64,000 bases of DNA from a bacterium (GCA_021824915.1 JAKAJP010000022.1:23832-87831); one strand, 5' to 3'; shown: positions 10,786-21,448, numbered from the stretch's first letter. Translations and numbers: made by a program. The notes: generated by a model from the sequence alone, not told the origin.

Positions 10786-12039
10786 GTGGCAAAATCAAAA
10801 ACTAAGAAGTTACCAATATTTATTATTTCCGGTAAATCCCCAATCGGCGCTTTCGGCGGGGGCTACTCCGCATATGCCTACAACTTAGCAAAAATTCTTA
10901 CCGATCTAAAATACAGAGTTTATATTTGCGCACTGGGTGATAAAAACGAAAAGATAAAAACCGAGGTAGGAACATTAATAAGTTTTAAGCCCGCTATTCC
11001 ACTACTGAATATCAAAGTTTACGCCCTTCCCGGACTTCCCTTTTATTCTTTCCTGTTTGCAGAAGGAATTAAGAAAGTTTTAGATAAAGAAAAATATAAA
11101 AAGGTGATTGTCTGGGGAATTGGCCCGTGGGGTTTTGCCGGAGTTATACTCAAAAAACTTTTAGGAAAAAGAATAATCCTTGCCGATAATTACTTTACTA
11201 CTACCCGCCATGAATGGTCACGTGGTGTAAAAGCTCTACGTATTAGCGACTACGGGCTTATACAAAAGTTAAAATACTCAATGATTTATTGGTCGGTCGT
11301 TCAATTTATCGCACTACTCGAGTCAATTCTCCTAAAAAATGCGGATGTAATAATTACAAACTACAAATCTACCGAAAATATTATTAAAAAGGAGTTTAGA
11401 ATAAGAACCAACAAATTTAGGAGGCTCGACTTCTTTGCTAGCGCCCGTAAGCGCGGTCAGGGCAAGATTACATCAAGCAAAAACTTAAAGCTTCCCAAAA
11501 AATACATATTTTATTTTTCGCGACATGATCCAAGGAAGGGGGTAAATTTTCTTCTACATGCATATAAATTGATTTTGGATCTGGGTTATAAAATTCCGCT
11601 CCTTATAGCCGGCGGAGGAGATATGCTTCCCGCAAATAAAAAGCTGGCAGAAAAACTAAAAATCTCAAAACAAACCAAATTTCTAGGGTTTGTCGATGAT
11701 CCTAAGATCATTATGAAAAGATGCTCCGTATTTGCTTTCCCATCTATCGAAGAAGGTGCCGGAGCCTTAACAATTAACGAAGCAATGGAAATGGGAATTC
11801 CAATCGTCTCTACAGCCTGCGACGGAATTACCGAGGATATAGAAAGCGAAAAAGAAGGACTCCTTGTACCCATGGAGGATCCCAAATCGATGGCTTTTGC
11901 GATTACAAGATTGCTTGATGATCCTAAATTTGCACAAAAGTTGGCAAAAAACGCCCGGAAACGATACCGTTCAGATTTTTCCTACTCTAAAATGAAAAAG
12001 GATATTGCAAAGCTCACTTCTTCCTTAGAATCCAGATAA
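10786..12039 (+). CDS. GT4-family glycosyltransferase
   Basis: SRHDPRKG, FLGFV, FPSIEEGAGALTINEAMEMGIP. Start is GTG 10786 (leaderless) or ATG 10780. Confidence 0.88.
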   Translation: MAKSKTKKLPIFIISGKSPIGAFGGGYSAYAYNLAKILTDLKYRVYICALGDKNEKIKTEVGTLISFKPAIPLLNIKVYALPGLPFYSFLFAEGIKKVLDKEKYKKVIVWGIGPWGFAGVILKKLLGKRIILADNYFTTTRHEWSRGVKALRISDYGLIQKLKYSMIYWSVVQFIALLESILLKNADVIITNYKSTENIIKKEFRIRTNKFRRLDFFASARKRGQGKITSSKNLKLPKKYIFYFSRHDPRKGVNFLLHAYKLILDLGYKIPLLIAGGGDMLPANKKLAEKLKISKQTKFLGFVDDPKIIMKRCSVFAFPSIEEGAGALTINEAMEMGIPIVSTACDGITEDIESEKEGLLVPMEDPKSMAFAITRLLDDPKFAQKLAKNARKRYRSDFSYSKMKKDIAKLTSSLESR

Positions 12040-12772
12040 AGTTTGGAAAAACCGGCTCAACCAAACGCCAAAAATTCGCCGGAAAAATCCGTGTTAACCA
12101 GCCAATTTTGGCAATATCTCTAAAACCATAATAGTTTGGGTTTTTAATAATATCGGGCGTAATCTTTTTTACTTCAAAATTCCGGGTTAGTTTAGCAAGC
12201 TGCCAATAATCCATGTATTTTGCACTAAACCCATCTGACCTGCCAAAAATTCGAACCACAAAGTCAGCCAGAAATTTCGGAAGAAATGCTAAAAGCGGAA
12301 GATGGTACTGCGCATCCCAAAGGGTATATTTATTTCTTGCACCAAAAAAAACTAAACCACCATTTTTAACAACCCTAAAAACTTCTTTTATAAAATCACC
12401 GGGATATTCAAAACAATAATAAACTTGATTTGCGACAACAACGTCAAAACTTTCATCCGGTAAGCCAGTTCTTATTGCGTCGCCAACACTAAAGTGAAGG
12501 TTTCTCCGCCTGAAGTTTTTCTTAGCGATAGTAATTGAGTTTTCATCGTTATCCAGTCCGTAAACTTGGCCAAAATATTCCGAAAGGTAGTTAGTAATTA
12601 TTCCTGACGAGCAGCCGATATCAAGCAGGGCCAGTGAGGTAAGTTTTCTATCGCTCAATTCCCTTCTCAAAACACCCCAAATCTGTCTTGCTATCTTTAA
12701 CCTTCCTTTTTTTTCTAAAACAATAGGATTAAAACTCGAATATTCGCGGAAAACTGAAGAAGATGTAGCCAT
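12014..12772 (-). CDS. Class I SAM-dependent methyltransferase
   Basis: LLDIGCSSG, GLDND, GDA, FDVV, RVVKNGG. Confidence 0.85.
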   Translation of the reverse strand: MATSSSVFREYSSFNPIVLEKKGRLKIARQIWGVLRRELSDRKLTSLALLDIGCSSGIITNYLSEYFGQVYGLDNDENSITIAKKNFRRRNLHFSVGDAIRTGLPDESFDVVVANQVYYCFEYPGDFIKEVFRVVKNGGLVFFGARNKYTLWDAQYHLPLLAFLPKFLADFVVRIFGRSDGFSAKYMDYWQLAKLTRNFEVKKITPDIIKNPNYYGFRDIAKIGWLTRIFPANFWRLVEPVFPNFIWILRKK

Positions 12773-12774
12773 TG

Positions 12775-13308
12775 CTACTTAACAAGATTTAGGACCTTTG
12801 CCAATACGTCATGAATTTGACCAATTATTCTGTCACCGTTATCGTCGGTCAAATCTTTTAAAGTTGGGGAGAAAGCGTCAATGTTCTCGATTTTTTTAAT
12901 TACTTCATCTCTCACTTGCGGGGTATCACCGCTATTTCTGGCTTTTTCAAAAAGTTTTTGTGAAGATTCAGCTAGCCCCAACGATTTAGAAAGTGATTTG
13001 TCCGAAAGTTCCAGTTTTCCACCCCGGGCCAACTTCTCAGATTCCAAAATTCGTTTTGTCGCTAGAGTGAGATCATATTCCGCCTTCTTTGCCTCGCCCA
13101 CCAAAAGCATCCCCGAAAACTTCTCTTTCAGTTCTTTAAGAAAAAAAAGTGGAGAATCAAGAGTTAGTCCGGCGCTTAACGGCCAGAAAAGTTCATAGCT
13201 ATTTGGAACGGGTGTAGGACTTGGAACCGGAGTTTTGGCGAAAGCCGGGCTAAAGGAAAACAAAAAAACAGCCAAAGTCAAAATTAACACAGAAAGAGAT
13301 TTTCTCAT
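12775..13308 (-). CDS. Secreted helical protein, DUF5667-like, with Pro/Thr-rich N-terminus
   Basis: Signal peptide ending PAFA, then KTPVPSPTPVP, and AGLTLDSPLFFLK...LATKRILE pattern resembling DUF5667. Confidence 0.6.
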   Translation of the reverse strand: MRKSLSVLILTLAVFLFSFSPAFAKTPVPSPTPVPNSYELFWPLSAGLTLDSPLFFLKELKEKFSGMLLVGEAKKAEYDLTLATKRILESEKLARGGKLELSDKSLSKSLGLAESSQKLFEKARNSGDTPQVRDEVIKKIENIDAFSPTLKDLTDDNGDRIIGQIHDVLAKVLNLVK

Positions 13309-13329
13309 ACTTACGAAAAACATTATACT

Positions 13330-14355
13330 TTAGTTTGTATTATCCTGTCCACCAAGTCTATTTATATTCGCATCAACCATCAGAGCAACTAGGTGATTAA
13401 AATCCACTTCAGGCTTCCACCCTAAGGTGCGTCTTGCAAAAGACGAGTCCCCAATCAAAGGCCCAGTTTCGGTTGGGCGGATAAATCTCTTATCTACTAC
13501 AACAAATTTTTTATAATCAAGGCCGACATACGCAAAAGCCTCTCGGCAAAAATCAGACACTTTATGAACCACACCTGTAGCAACAACAAAATCGTTAGCT
13601 TTAGGCTTCTGCAAAGATAGCCACATAGCCTTCACGTAATCCCCGGCAAAACCCCAATCACGTTCTGCAGCAAGATTTCCAAGAGCAACTTTACCACCTT
13701 TGACAATTGGTTCACCTTCTTCGTTCAAATGTTTAGACGTATCGATTCCCAACTTGGCGCAGGCAGCTGCATAGGCGATCTTTTGCGTAACAAACTCCAA
13801 ACCCCGCCTCGGGGATTCATGATTAAAAAGAATTCCACAGGAGATAAACATATCATAACTTTTGCGATAAATCCTGGCGATGCTATGAGCATATAGCTTG
13901 GCAGCAGCATAAGGATTTGCAGGATTAAAAGGTGTTTCTTCGTTTTGCGGAACCTCGCGTGCCCAACCAAACATCTCACTGCTGCTTGCCTGATAAAACC
14001 TAGCTTTCGGACAAACATCTTTGGCTGTCTCAATAACCCTGTGGGCACCCAAACCTGTAATTTGAGCTGTATAAACCGGTTGCTTAAAAGATTCACCCGG
14101 AGAACTTTGTGAAGCCAAATTATAGATTTCATCCGGAGAGACTACCTTAAATATTTTTTTAAGAGAAACCGGGTCAAGAAGGTCGCTATAAAAAAGATTG
14201 ATTTTATCCTGCACGTGAGCAATGTTGTCAAAAGCGCGTTGGCTGGATTTCCTGACAACGCCATAAACCTCGTAATTCTTGGAAAGTAAAAGTTCCGCCA
14301 GATAGCTTCCGTCCTGTCCAGTAATGCCGGTGATCAGCGCTCTTTTTTTGGCCAT
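13330..14355 (-). CDS. gmd: GDP-mannose 4,6-dehydratase
   Basis: ALITGITGQDGSYLAE, YQASSSEMFG, PYAAAKLY, GILFNHESPRRG, GNL..RDWG. Confidence 0.95.
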   Translation of the reverse strand: MAKKRALITGITGQDGSYLAELLLSKNYEVYGVVRKSSQRAFDNIAHVQDKINLFYSDLLDPVSLKKIFKVVSPDEIYNLASQSSPGESFKQPVYTAQITGLGAHRVIETAKDVCPKARFYQASSSEMFGWAREVPQNEETPFNPANPYAAAKLYAHSIARIYRKSYDMFISCGILFNHESPRRGLEFVTQKIAYAAACAKLGIDTSKHLNEEGEPIVKGGKVALGNLAAERDWGFAGDYVKAMWLSLQKPKANDFVVATGVVHKVSDFCREAFAYVGLDYKKFVVVDKRFIRPTETGPLIGDSSFARRTLGWKPEVDFNHLVALMVDANINRLGGQDNTN

Positions 14356-14356
14356 A

Positions 14357-15301
14357 TTAATCCAGCACTTCAGAAATATAATCGCCTTCAAAATTCTCCT
14401 TCTGATTGAAGCTTGTAATCATCTCTGCGAGTAAACCTGTTGAGACAAATTGTACACCCATTATCATTAAAAGAACTCCAAGAAATAGTAGTGGGTATCG
14501 ATACTGAATACTTCCGGTAGTAAATCTAAGATAAGCAATATAAATTCCGATCAAAAACCCTCCGGCGAAACTAATAAACCCGAGAAGTCCGAAGAAGTGC
14601 CCGGGTTTCCTGGTGTAGCGGGTCAAAAAGGCAACCGTTAAAAGATCCAGCAACCCCTTTAATGCTCGCTCGAATCCATATTTCGATTTACCATACTTCC
14701 TTGCCCTATGAGCCACAGGAATCTCTGCAACCCTAAAGTTCCTTTTAACGGCAATGATGGGAATTAAACGGAAGAGTTCTCCATAAAAAAAGTGGATATT
14801 CTCAATAACCTCACGTCTAAAAGCCCGAAAACCACAGTTAACGTCATGAAGCTTAACGCCGGTTACTAATCTACTCACAAAGTTGTAAGCCCGACTCGAG
14901 ACGACTTTGCTAATTGGGTCATGTCTTTTTTTCTTCCATCCAACGACCAAGTCGTAACCCTCTTCAACTTTGGAAATGAAACTCGGGATTTCTTTGGGGT
15001 TGTCCTGAAGATCCGCATCCATCGTAATTATAATTCCGCCAACAGCCTGATTAAATCCGGCCTGAAGGGCTGTCGCTTTTCCCCATCCTCCGCGCAATTT
15101 TATAACTTTTACCCTTCGATCATACTTATGAATTTCCTTAAGTTTCTGAAAAGTTTTGTCTTTTGAGCCATCGTCAACAAAAACTATCTCAAATGATCTT
15201 TTCGCTTTTTTCATAACAGCGGCGATCTCGCTATAAAGTGGTTCGATAGAACCTTCCTCGTCTCTCGCGGGAACAACGAAGGAGATAAATTTATTTATCA
15301 T
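14357..15301 (-). CDS. GT2 polyprenol-phosphate glycosyltransferase (ArnC/GtrB/DPM-like) with two C-terminal TMs
   Basis: VDDGSKD, TMDADLQDNP, DVNCGFRAFR, HRARKYGKSKY, 2 TMs. ATGA overlap with the upstream stop. Confidence 0.88.
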   Translation of the reverse strand: MINKFISFVVPARDEEGSIEPLYSEIAAVMKKAKRSFEIVFVDDGSKDKTFQKLKEIHKYDRRVKVIKLRGGWGKATALQAGFNQAVGGIIITMDADLQDNPKEIPSFISKVEEGYDLVVGWKKKRHDPISKVVSSRAYNFVSRLVTGVKLHDVNCGFRAFRREVIENIHFFYGELFRLIPIIAVKRNFRVAEIPVAHRARKYGKSKYGFERALKGLLDLLTVAFLTRYTRKPGHFFGLLGFISFAGGFLIGIYIAYLRFTTGSIQYRYPLLFLGVLLMIMGVQFVSTGLLAEMITSFNQKENFEGDYISEVLD

Positions 15302-16419
15302 CGCCATAAATATACATCATTAATAAGATTTAAGCTAATTTGACGGGACCTTACCCAATCAAAATTTTTGCTCCAGATAGCCGCTCCGCGGACAAGTTTT
15401 TCATAATTCCCCCGATTTCTAGTAACTGATAAAATTGCCTCTTTCATTGAAGAGGGGTTTCTTTCACAAATTAATCCACTAACACCATTCTTAATGGAAT
15501 CAACCAAACCCGCAGAATTATATGCAACAACGGGGGTTCCAACGAAATTTGCTTCTATATTTACCAGACCCCAACCCTCGTGAATGGAAGGATTAATAAG
15601 TAGACATGATTTCGAAAGAAGTCGAAACTTCTTACTTTCATTTACATATCCCCAAAATTTAATACGATTTCCCAAAGGTTTTGCAAAATTCCTGATTTTT
15701 TTCTCGTAATCCTTATTTTCTCCTTTTCCAATTACCCAAAAACGGAAATTATACGAATCTTTTAGGAGCAGAAAACATTTAATCGCATCTTCAATTCCCT
15801 TATCCTTTGACAAAATACCCAAAAAACTTATTGCACCTTTCACTTTGTTGTTTATATTAGTTTTCGGTTTTAGTGCTGGTAAAATGACCCCATGAGGAAC
15901 TATGTAGATTTTATTTCTGGAAATACCATATCCAGCCAAATCTTTTTTCGCAGAATCCGACCCTGTCATGAAAGGTACGTTTCTGTAAAAGAGAAAAAAA
16001 ATCGGTTCAAATAGAAAGCCCAAAGTCCCGATAATTAAATTAAGAGGAAAGGCCAGAGAATTCTTTAACCAAACATCTCTGGCTATTTCTTGAATAACCG
16101 CAAGCTTCGGTTTTCGCGAATAGATGGGTGTAAAAAACGGAACCCCGTGGAACTGATCAACAATAAAATTAAAATTACTCCTATTCTTGATGTAATAAAA
16201 AAATCCGGAAATCTGGACTCCCAGATATTGAAAACCTCCTCTGACAATCTTAACCCCATCTATTTCTTCATCACTTCTTAGACCTCCCGGCTGAGACGAG
16301 AAAAGAGTTACATTATGTCCGGCCGCCACCCAACCCTTCATATGTTCATGCATAACCTGCTCTGCCCCACCGGCAAGTGGGTGTTTCGGGTCCCTCCAAG
16401 AAAAAACTAAGATATTCAT
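15298..16419 (-). CDS. GT4-family glycosyltransferase
   Basis: WRDPKHPLAGGAE and PSIHEGWGLVNIEANFVGTP. Start supported by TACAAT-N6-ATG. Confidence 0.88.
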   Translation of the reverse strand: MNILVFSWRDPKHPLAGGAEQVMHEHMKGWVAAGHNVTLFSSQPGGLRSDEEIDGVKIVRGGFQYLGVQISGFFYYIKNRSNFNFIVDQFHGVPFFTPIYSRKPKLAVIQEIARDVWLKNSLAFPLNLIIGTLGFLFEPIFFLFYRNVPFMTGSDSAKKDLAGYGISRNKIYIVPHGVILPALKPKTNINNKVKGAISFLGILSKDKGIEDAIKCFLLLKDSYNFRFWVIGKGENKDYEKKIRNFAKPLGNRIKFWGYVNESKKFRLLSKSCLLINPSIHEGWGLVNIEANFVGTPVVAYNSAGLVDSIKNGVSGLICERNPSSMKEAILSVTRNRGNYEKLVRGAAIWSKNFDWVRSRQISLNLINDVYLWR

Positions 16420-16423
16420 AAAC

Positions 16424-18280
16424 CTATTGTACCCTCCAAATCTCAGCATTGGCATTGCTAAAAATTTTTTCAACTCCAAAATCTCCGGGAGAAAAAGGCA
16501 ATTTTTCTACATAGTTCTCAAATTTAACCAAATAAATATATTTCGCACGCAACTTGTCAAACTCAGTTTTTGCCCCTTTCTGGTCTTTGGCGCTAAAAAT
16601 GGTTTTATTGTAAATCACCGGCATACCAGAATACTTACTGACATATCCTCTAAGATTTGAAAACTCGGGAGGTCTGTTTTTAGTGTGCCATGAGCATTGC
16701 AAACACTCTCCGTCGTAAACAACAACATTTCCATATGGTTGAGACTTTAAGTATATTAATGCATAGACCTCACCCTGAGGTATTACATAATCCACTTTCT
16801 TAAAATAATTCCAGCCCCGCCCAATCAATAGATAAAAAAATGCGAGCTTCTGTTTAAAAAAATGCAAGGCTTCGGAAGAAAAACCTTTGATATTAACACC
16901 CATATCCGAAACCAAATTATTAACGATCAAAATCTTAACGCCGCCGTCAACCTTCGTAACATTGACGAGCGCAGACTTCTTTATGAAGTCTGGTACATTT
17001 ATGTTTTTCCCTTTTATCGTAAAGTAGTCGCTACCCGGAATTATTTCAGTATCCCCTCCCAATATCCACAAATCTTTAGAATTTGAGACGTTATCAATAA
17101 CCGCAGGAACATTTTCAGATAGAGTAAATTGAAAGTTCGGAGAATTGTAATAAGGATCTTTCAAACTTGTTCCGTAAATTCTTAGGTCTAAAATCCTTAA
17201 CTCATTGGTGTTATTATCCTTAACATAAAACAAGCGATATCTTGCACCCCCGTACCAAAAAGAGCTTACATTTTCTCCAAGAAGGTCCCTTGATTCAATC
17301 CTGTAATCAGGTGTACCCGAAAATTTCTTTCTGTACCAATCCGAAAAATCGGACATAGTAACAATATTCACACCCCCCACCCTAAGTTCATTTGCGTATT
17401 CAAGTTGTTTTGCATACTCACCTTTATAACCAGCAGGATCAAGGTCTGCCTCTAATCCGATTGTAACTTGAGAAAACCCGTTAAGATTACCGCTTTCAAG
17501 ATATAAATTAACAAGCTTCTTAAAATAACTAATGTTCTGTTTCTCCGGTGCAACCAAATAATCCTGTGTACTATATAAACTGCTTTTGTATCCGTTAAGC
17601 GGATCTCTTGGAGCCCACTGAATATTAACAACGTCCACTTTTGACTCCATATCGGCCGCGGGAACACTAGAATATAGTTTGCTTGGATAATAAGCGAGTT
17701 CCCATGGCTGCCCCCAAATTTGATACCCATCTGTGGAGAATTGATCTGAACAGACAAGGTTTGCTGTCACACCGTACTTGTCATGTATATATGAAAGCGA
17801 ATAAGAATCTGTCCACCAGGAACCAACTGATTTTGGATAATAACCAAATACGCTTTTGAATTTATCAAAAATGGCATCTATTAATTTTTTACGATCTGTC
17901 TGCTCATATCCCGATAGAAAAACACTGCCGGCATGCTGCCAAAAACCCGTATCGTTATAGTTAATATGGGAACTCTGGGCTAAATTTGGCGTGATCTCTA
18001 AAAATATTCCAAATTCCTGATTTTTACCCATGCTACTTACAACTTTCATAACATCTCTATTATCCAAAGCATCATAAGTCAAAAGCCATGTGGCAGGTAA
18101 TCCATGCTCTTTTACAATTCCATACTCGCTTTTAACGCTTTCCCCGGGGTTTTTATTATAGGAAGATATGCGGACTGGATTAACTATGGTTACAAACCTA
18201 TCCGAACTCGATGCATCCACCCGAGGAGGAAAAATAAAAATGAAAAGAGAGAAAAAGAAAAAGAATTTTAACTTAGCCAT
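16424..18280 (-). CDS. Secreted protein with putative carbohydrate deacetylase/glycoside hydrolase-like barrel domain
   Basis: Signal peptide, PATW, FKSVFGYYPKSVGSWW, DQFSTDGY..WG.P...YYPS. Family assignment by recall only. Confidence 0.5.
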   Translation of the reverse strand: MAKLKFFFFFSLFIFIFPPRVDASSSDRFVTIVNPVRISSYNKNPGESVKSEYGIVKEHGLPATWLLTYDALDNRDVMKVVSSMGKNQEFGIFLEITPNLAQSSHINYNDTGFWQHAGSVFLSGYEQTDRKKLIDAIFDKFKSVFGYYPKSVGSWWTDSYSLSYIHDKYGVTANLVCSDQFSTDGYQIWGQPWELAYYPSKLYSSVPAADMESKVDVVNIQWAPRDPLNGYKSSLYSTQDYLVAPEKQNISYFKKLVNLYLESGNLNGFSQVTIGLEADLDPAGYKGEYAKQLEYANELRVGGVNIVTMSDFSDWYRKKFSGTPDYRIESRDLLGENVSSFWYGGARYRLFYVKDNNTNELRILDLRIYGTSLKDPYYNSPNFQFTLSENVPAVIDNVSNSKDLWILGGDTEIIPGSDYFTIKGKNINVPDFIKKSALVNVTKVDGGVKILIVNNLVSDMGVNIKGFSSEALHFFKQKLAFFYLLIGRGWNYFKKVDYVIPQGEVYALIYLKSQPYGNVVVYDGECLQCSWHTKNRPPEFSNLRGYVSKYSGMPVIYNKTIFSAKDQKGAKTEFDKLRAKYIYLVKFENYVEKLPFSPGDFGVEKIFSNANAEIWRVQ

Positions 18281-19054
18281 TTAACTCACAATCCAATTTT
18301 TTCGGTTCTTTTCGTCATAATAATGAAGGATTTTTAACCTGTAAAAAACTGCCGCCGTATCCCAGGCCATCCAAAACGAGGTGTTCCATTTTATAGCACT
18401 CGTTTTTCTATCAAACCTAACTTCAATTGGAGCTTCGTAAATCCTGCCAAAGCCTAGGTATTTCGCGACCGACAACATCTCAATATCCATTGCATAACTT
18501 TTTACCAAAAGTCGCGGAAGGATCTTTTCAACAACACTTCTCTTAAATATTTTAATTCCGCTCTGGGTATCAGATAGATGAAGTCCAAAAAGCACCTTAA
18601 CACCCAGATGGTATCCCCAACTTAGTATACGGCGAAGAAAAGGATAATTAACTCTCGAGACCGGATGTTTCTTAGACCCGACAATTATATCAGCGTCGTA
18701 CCAATTCATATGTGCCAGAAGCATCATTATCCCTTTGGGGCTAATATCCATTCCAGCGTCAAGAAAAGAAATAATATCTCCCTTGGCCTTCGCCATACCA
18801 AACCTTACAGCATGGCCTTTACCATGATTATTTTTATAACCATAGACCTTTAGTTTCGTGGATTTGATTTTTGAAGCTTCCTCAAAAGTTCTATCTAAAT
18901 GTCCGTCAACAACGCAGATGACCTCAAAGTTATAGTCCCGTCCAAGCCCTTCATCAAGGGTAAAGAGGATATTTCTCAGGTCTCTATTTATAGTCCGCTC
19001 CTGCCTGTAAGCCGGTACTATAACCGAAAGTATCTTAACCTTTGCTTTTTTCAT
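18281..19054 (-). CDS. GT2 polyprenol-phosphate sugar synthase (DPM1/ALG5-like)
   Basis: SVIVPAY, NHGKGHAVR, FLDAGMD, DTQSGIKIF, DIEML. Confidence 0.85.
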   Translation of the reverse strand: MKKAKVKILSVIVPAYRQERTINRDLRNILFTLDEGLGRDYNFEVICVVDGHLDRTFEEASKIKSTKLKVYGYKNNHGKGHAVRFGMAKAKGDIISFLDAGMDISPKGIMMLLAHMNWYDADIIVGSKKHPVSRVNYPFLRRILSWGYHLGVKVLFGLHLSDTQSGIKIFKRSVVEKILPRLLVKSYAMDIEMLSVAKYLGFGRIYEAPIEVRFDRKTSAIKWNTSFWMAWDTAAVFYRLKILHYYDEKNRKNWIVS

Positions 19055-19055
19055 G

Positions 19056-20303
19056 TCACCTAGCGGGCTGATTATACCTCAAGTATGCCGCTTCACCCAA
19101 AAGCATCAGGGTAGAAACAATCAGCGATACCTGGATAACTTCCTTAATGCTTTCATGGAAAATCCAAATGAAAACAATCTGGGATAGAGCCGCAACCACG
19201 GGAAATATTATTACCCTAGTCCTTCCAATAGACAAGGAAAAATTAACCAACAAAACCGCAAGTGTATAGACCAAGATAAAAAAACCCATCCAGATAAGAT
19301 CTTCTGAAGCGGATAAATAAGCATTGCCATACAAAACCCCTATAGCCAGATTTGGGAACAGATAATAGAGAGATACTATAAATAGCGATATAAAAAGAGT
19401 CGCTCCAAAAGACGCCCAAAAAATCTTTTTATATTTACCCCCTTTCGCTACTCTTCCGGAAACAACAGGAAACATCACGGAAGATATCGGAGAAGAGGCA
19501 AAAAAAATGATCTTTCCTAGAGTGGAAAGGGCTGCGTATATTCCGGCATTAAACGGCGAAAGAAAATGCTTAACCAAAATAATATCAGTTGTAAAAAGAG
19601 ATGTAAAAGCCAGAGCTTGTAGTAAAACAGGCAAAGAATACCGCAAAAATGGGTAAATATCATAATCGACACTCCCGACGTCAGATTTAACCAACTTTCG
19701 GATATAGGGCAAGGATACGAAATAAGCCAACACACCGCCCAGCAAAACTCCATACATAGCCCCCAAAACCGAATAACCCAAAGCAATAAGTAAAACGCCC
19801 AATACAATCTTTATTACAGACGAGGCCATATTCGGTAAAACAAAACCCATAAATTTAAGAAGGCCTTGGGATGTTGCTTGGTTGACCAAGGTTATCAAAG
19901 AAAAAAACAGAATTGGTGAAATTAGTATCACCAAAAAAACATTGTTTATATGCAAAAACGAAGCAATAAAAGGCGAGACAAACAATAAAGCAATTGCCAA
20001 AATAAAGGCAATTATTAAGACTAGTTTATTTATCGCAAAATAAATACGTCCCGCGGACTTATCGGTCTCTGCGGAAGAAATAAATTTCACAACAGCAACC
20101 GAAGTTGAAGTCGGAACAATTGCAACAATATAAAGAATCGAGAATAAACTGGCTAAAACTCCGTAGTTTACAGGTCCCAACATCCGTCCAACCACAAGAT
20201 GGTACGCGTAATTAATGACATTGACGGCCATGCTACCACCAATCATGATAGCGCTGCCCGAAAAAAGCGGGTGTCTTAGAAAATTAAAAATTTTCTTATT
20301 CAT
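19056..20303 (-). CDS. Wzx/MOP-family oligosaccharide flippase
   Basis: About 12 TMs, RMLGPVNYG, DIILVKHF, AGIYAA. Confidence 0.82.
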   Translation of the reverse strand: MNKKIFNFLRHPLFSGSAIMIGGSMAVNVINYAYHLVVGRMLGPVNYGVLASLFSILYIVAIVPTSTSVAVVKFISSAETDKSAGRIYFAINKLVLIIAFILAIALLFVSPFIASFLHINNVFLVILISPILFFSLITLVNQATSQGLLKFMGFVLPNMASSVIKIVLGVLLIALGYSVLGAMYGVLLGGVLAYFVSLPYIRKLVKSDVGSVDYDIYPFLRYSLPVLLQALAFTSLFTTDIILVKHFLSPFNAGIYAALSTLGKIIFFASSPISSVMFPVVSGRVAKGGKYKKIFWASFGATLFISLFIVSLYYLFPNLAIGVLYGNAYLSASEDLIWMGFFILVYTLAVLLVNFSLSIGRTRVIIFPVVAALSQIVFIWIFHESIKEVIQVSLIVSTLMLLGEAAYLRYNQPAR

Positions 20304-21448
20304 GATAACCAATAACCACGGATAAAAAACATCTCTGAAACAATTAAAGAAACCGCCATTAGTATATATAGCAGAAATTTAAAAATTCTGGGAACCTTAT
20401 TCAAATAAAAGGCAACCAGGATAAATGCCGGAAACAATATCAAAACATACCTTGGTATCGATGAAAAACTACCGGAGAATGTCGGCAGCAAATAACCCAT
20501 GGAAAGAAAAAGTGCATAACTAAACCTGAGTTTAATAAATGACCAAACAGATAAAACCAAAAATATTGCTCCTGTAAAAAATTCAAAAAACACAACATAG
20601 ACCGAAGGAAAATAGTTGATATTTAGTGAAGGAATGATTCTAAAAATATATCTGTAAAATACCTGGGGCAACAAAATTAGATTATCAGATCTCTGCGCGC
20701 CAAAAACACTGACGGTATGATAGAAATTAATCGGATCCCCTGTTGCCCGCCAAAGATAGTATATATAGATCAAAAACCCGATCATTGCCAAGGGCAAGAC
20801 TAAAACCAACTTCCACCAACCCCCATCAAGCTTCTTATGGGCCTTATAAAATTCAAAAAAAATAACGGGTACCAAAATTATTCCCACCAATCTTGTAGCC
20901 GAAGATAATCCAGCGAGGATTGCCGAATAAAACCATTTTTTCTTTCTGGCAAAATAAAAAGACCAAACGGATAGTGCCAAAAAAAGACTTTCTGTGTACA
21001 CCGCCCCAAAATAAAATGATGTGGGAAATAATAGAAGAAGAATAAGAGTTGTCTTAGCGACTGAATCTTCGTAGTCCAACTTGACCAGCTTCCATAGACC
21101 AAAAAGAGCAACGATTAAACCGAAATGAGAAACCAGAAGACCGGAAAACACATAGCTTCCGAAACCATTAGCCCAAATTCTTGTAAAAAACCTGATCAAT
21201 AGTGGAAAAAGCGGAAAAAAATAATAGGTCAACGGTCTATATCCCTCGCGTGCTAAGGCAATATAATGCTCTCCGTCAAAATTTGCCCACGACCAAAAAT
21301 ACGGGTTTTTTAGATAATTCAATAGTCCTCCGCCCAAAAAATCATGCTGAAGCGGAAGAAGTCTAATGGCAAGATATTGCAGAAGAAAAAGGGTTAGCCT
21401 CCAAACAACGAAAAGCCCGATTATGAAGTAAATATTTTTCCTAGACAT
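20300..21448 (-). CDS. PIG-V/Gpi18-like GT-C mannosyltransferase
   Basis: WANFDGEHYIALAREGY, FFPLFPLL, YTESLF, ATRLVG, SIPRY. Confidence 0.8.
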   Translation of the reverse strand: MSRKNIYFIIGLFVVWRLTLFLLQYLAIRLLPLQHDFLGGGLLNYLKNPYFWSWANFDGEHYIALAREGYRPLTYYFFPLFPLLIRFFTRIWANGFGSYVFSGLLVSHFGLIVALFGLWKLVKLDYEDSVAKTTLILLLLFPTSFYFGAVYTESLFLALSVWSFYFARKKKWFYSAILAGLSSATRLVGIILVPVIFFEFYKAHKKLDGGWWKLVLVLPLAMIGFLIYIYYLWRATGDPINFYHTVSVFGAQRSDNLILLPQVFYRYIFRIIPSLNINYFPSVYVVFFEFFTGAIFLVLSVWSFIKLRFSYALFLSMGYLLPTFSGSFSSIPRYVLILFPAFILVAFYLNKVPRIFKFLLYILMAVSLIVSEMFFIRGYWLS

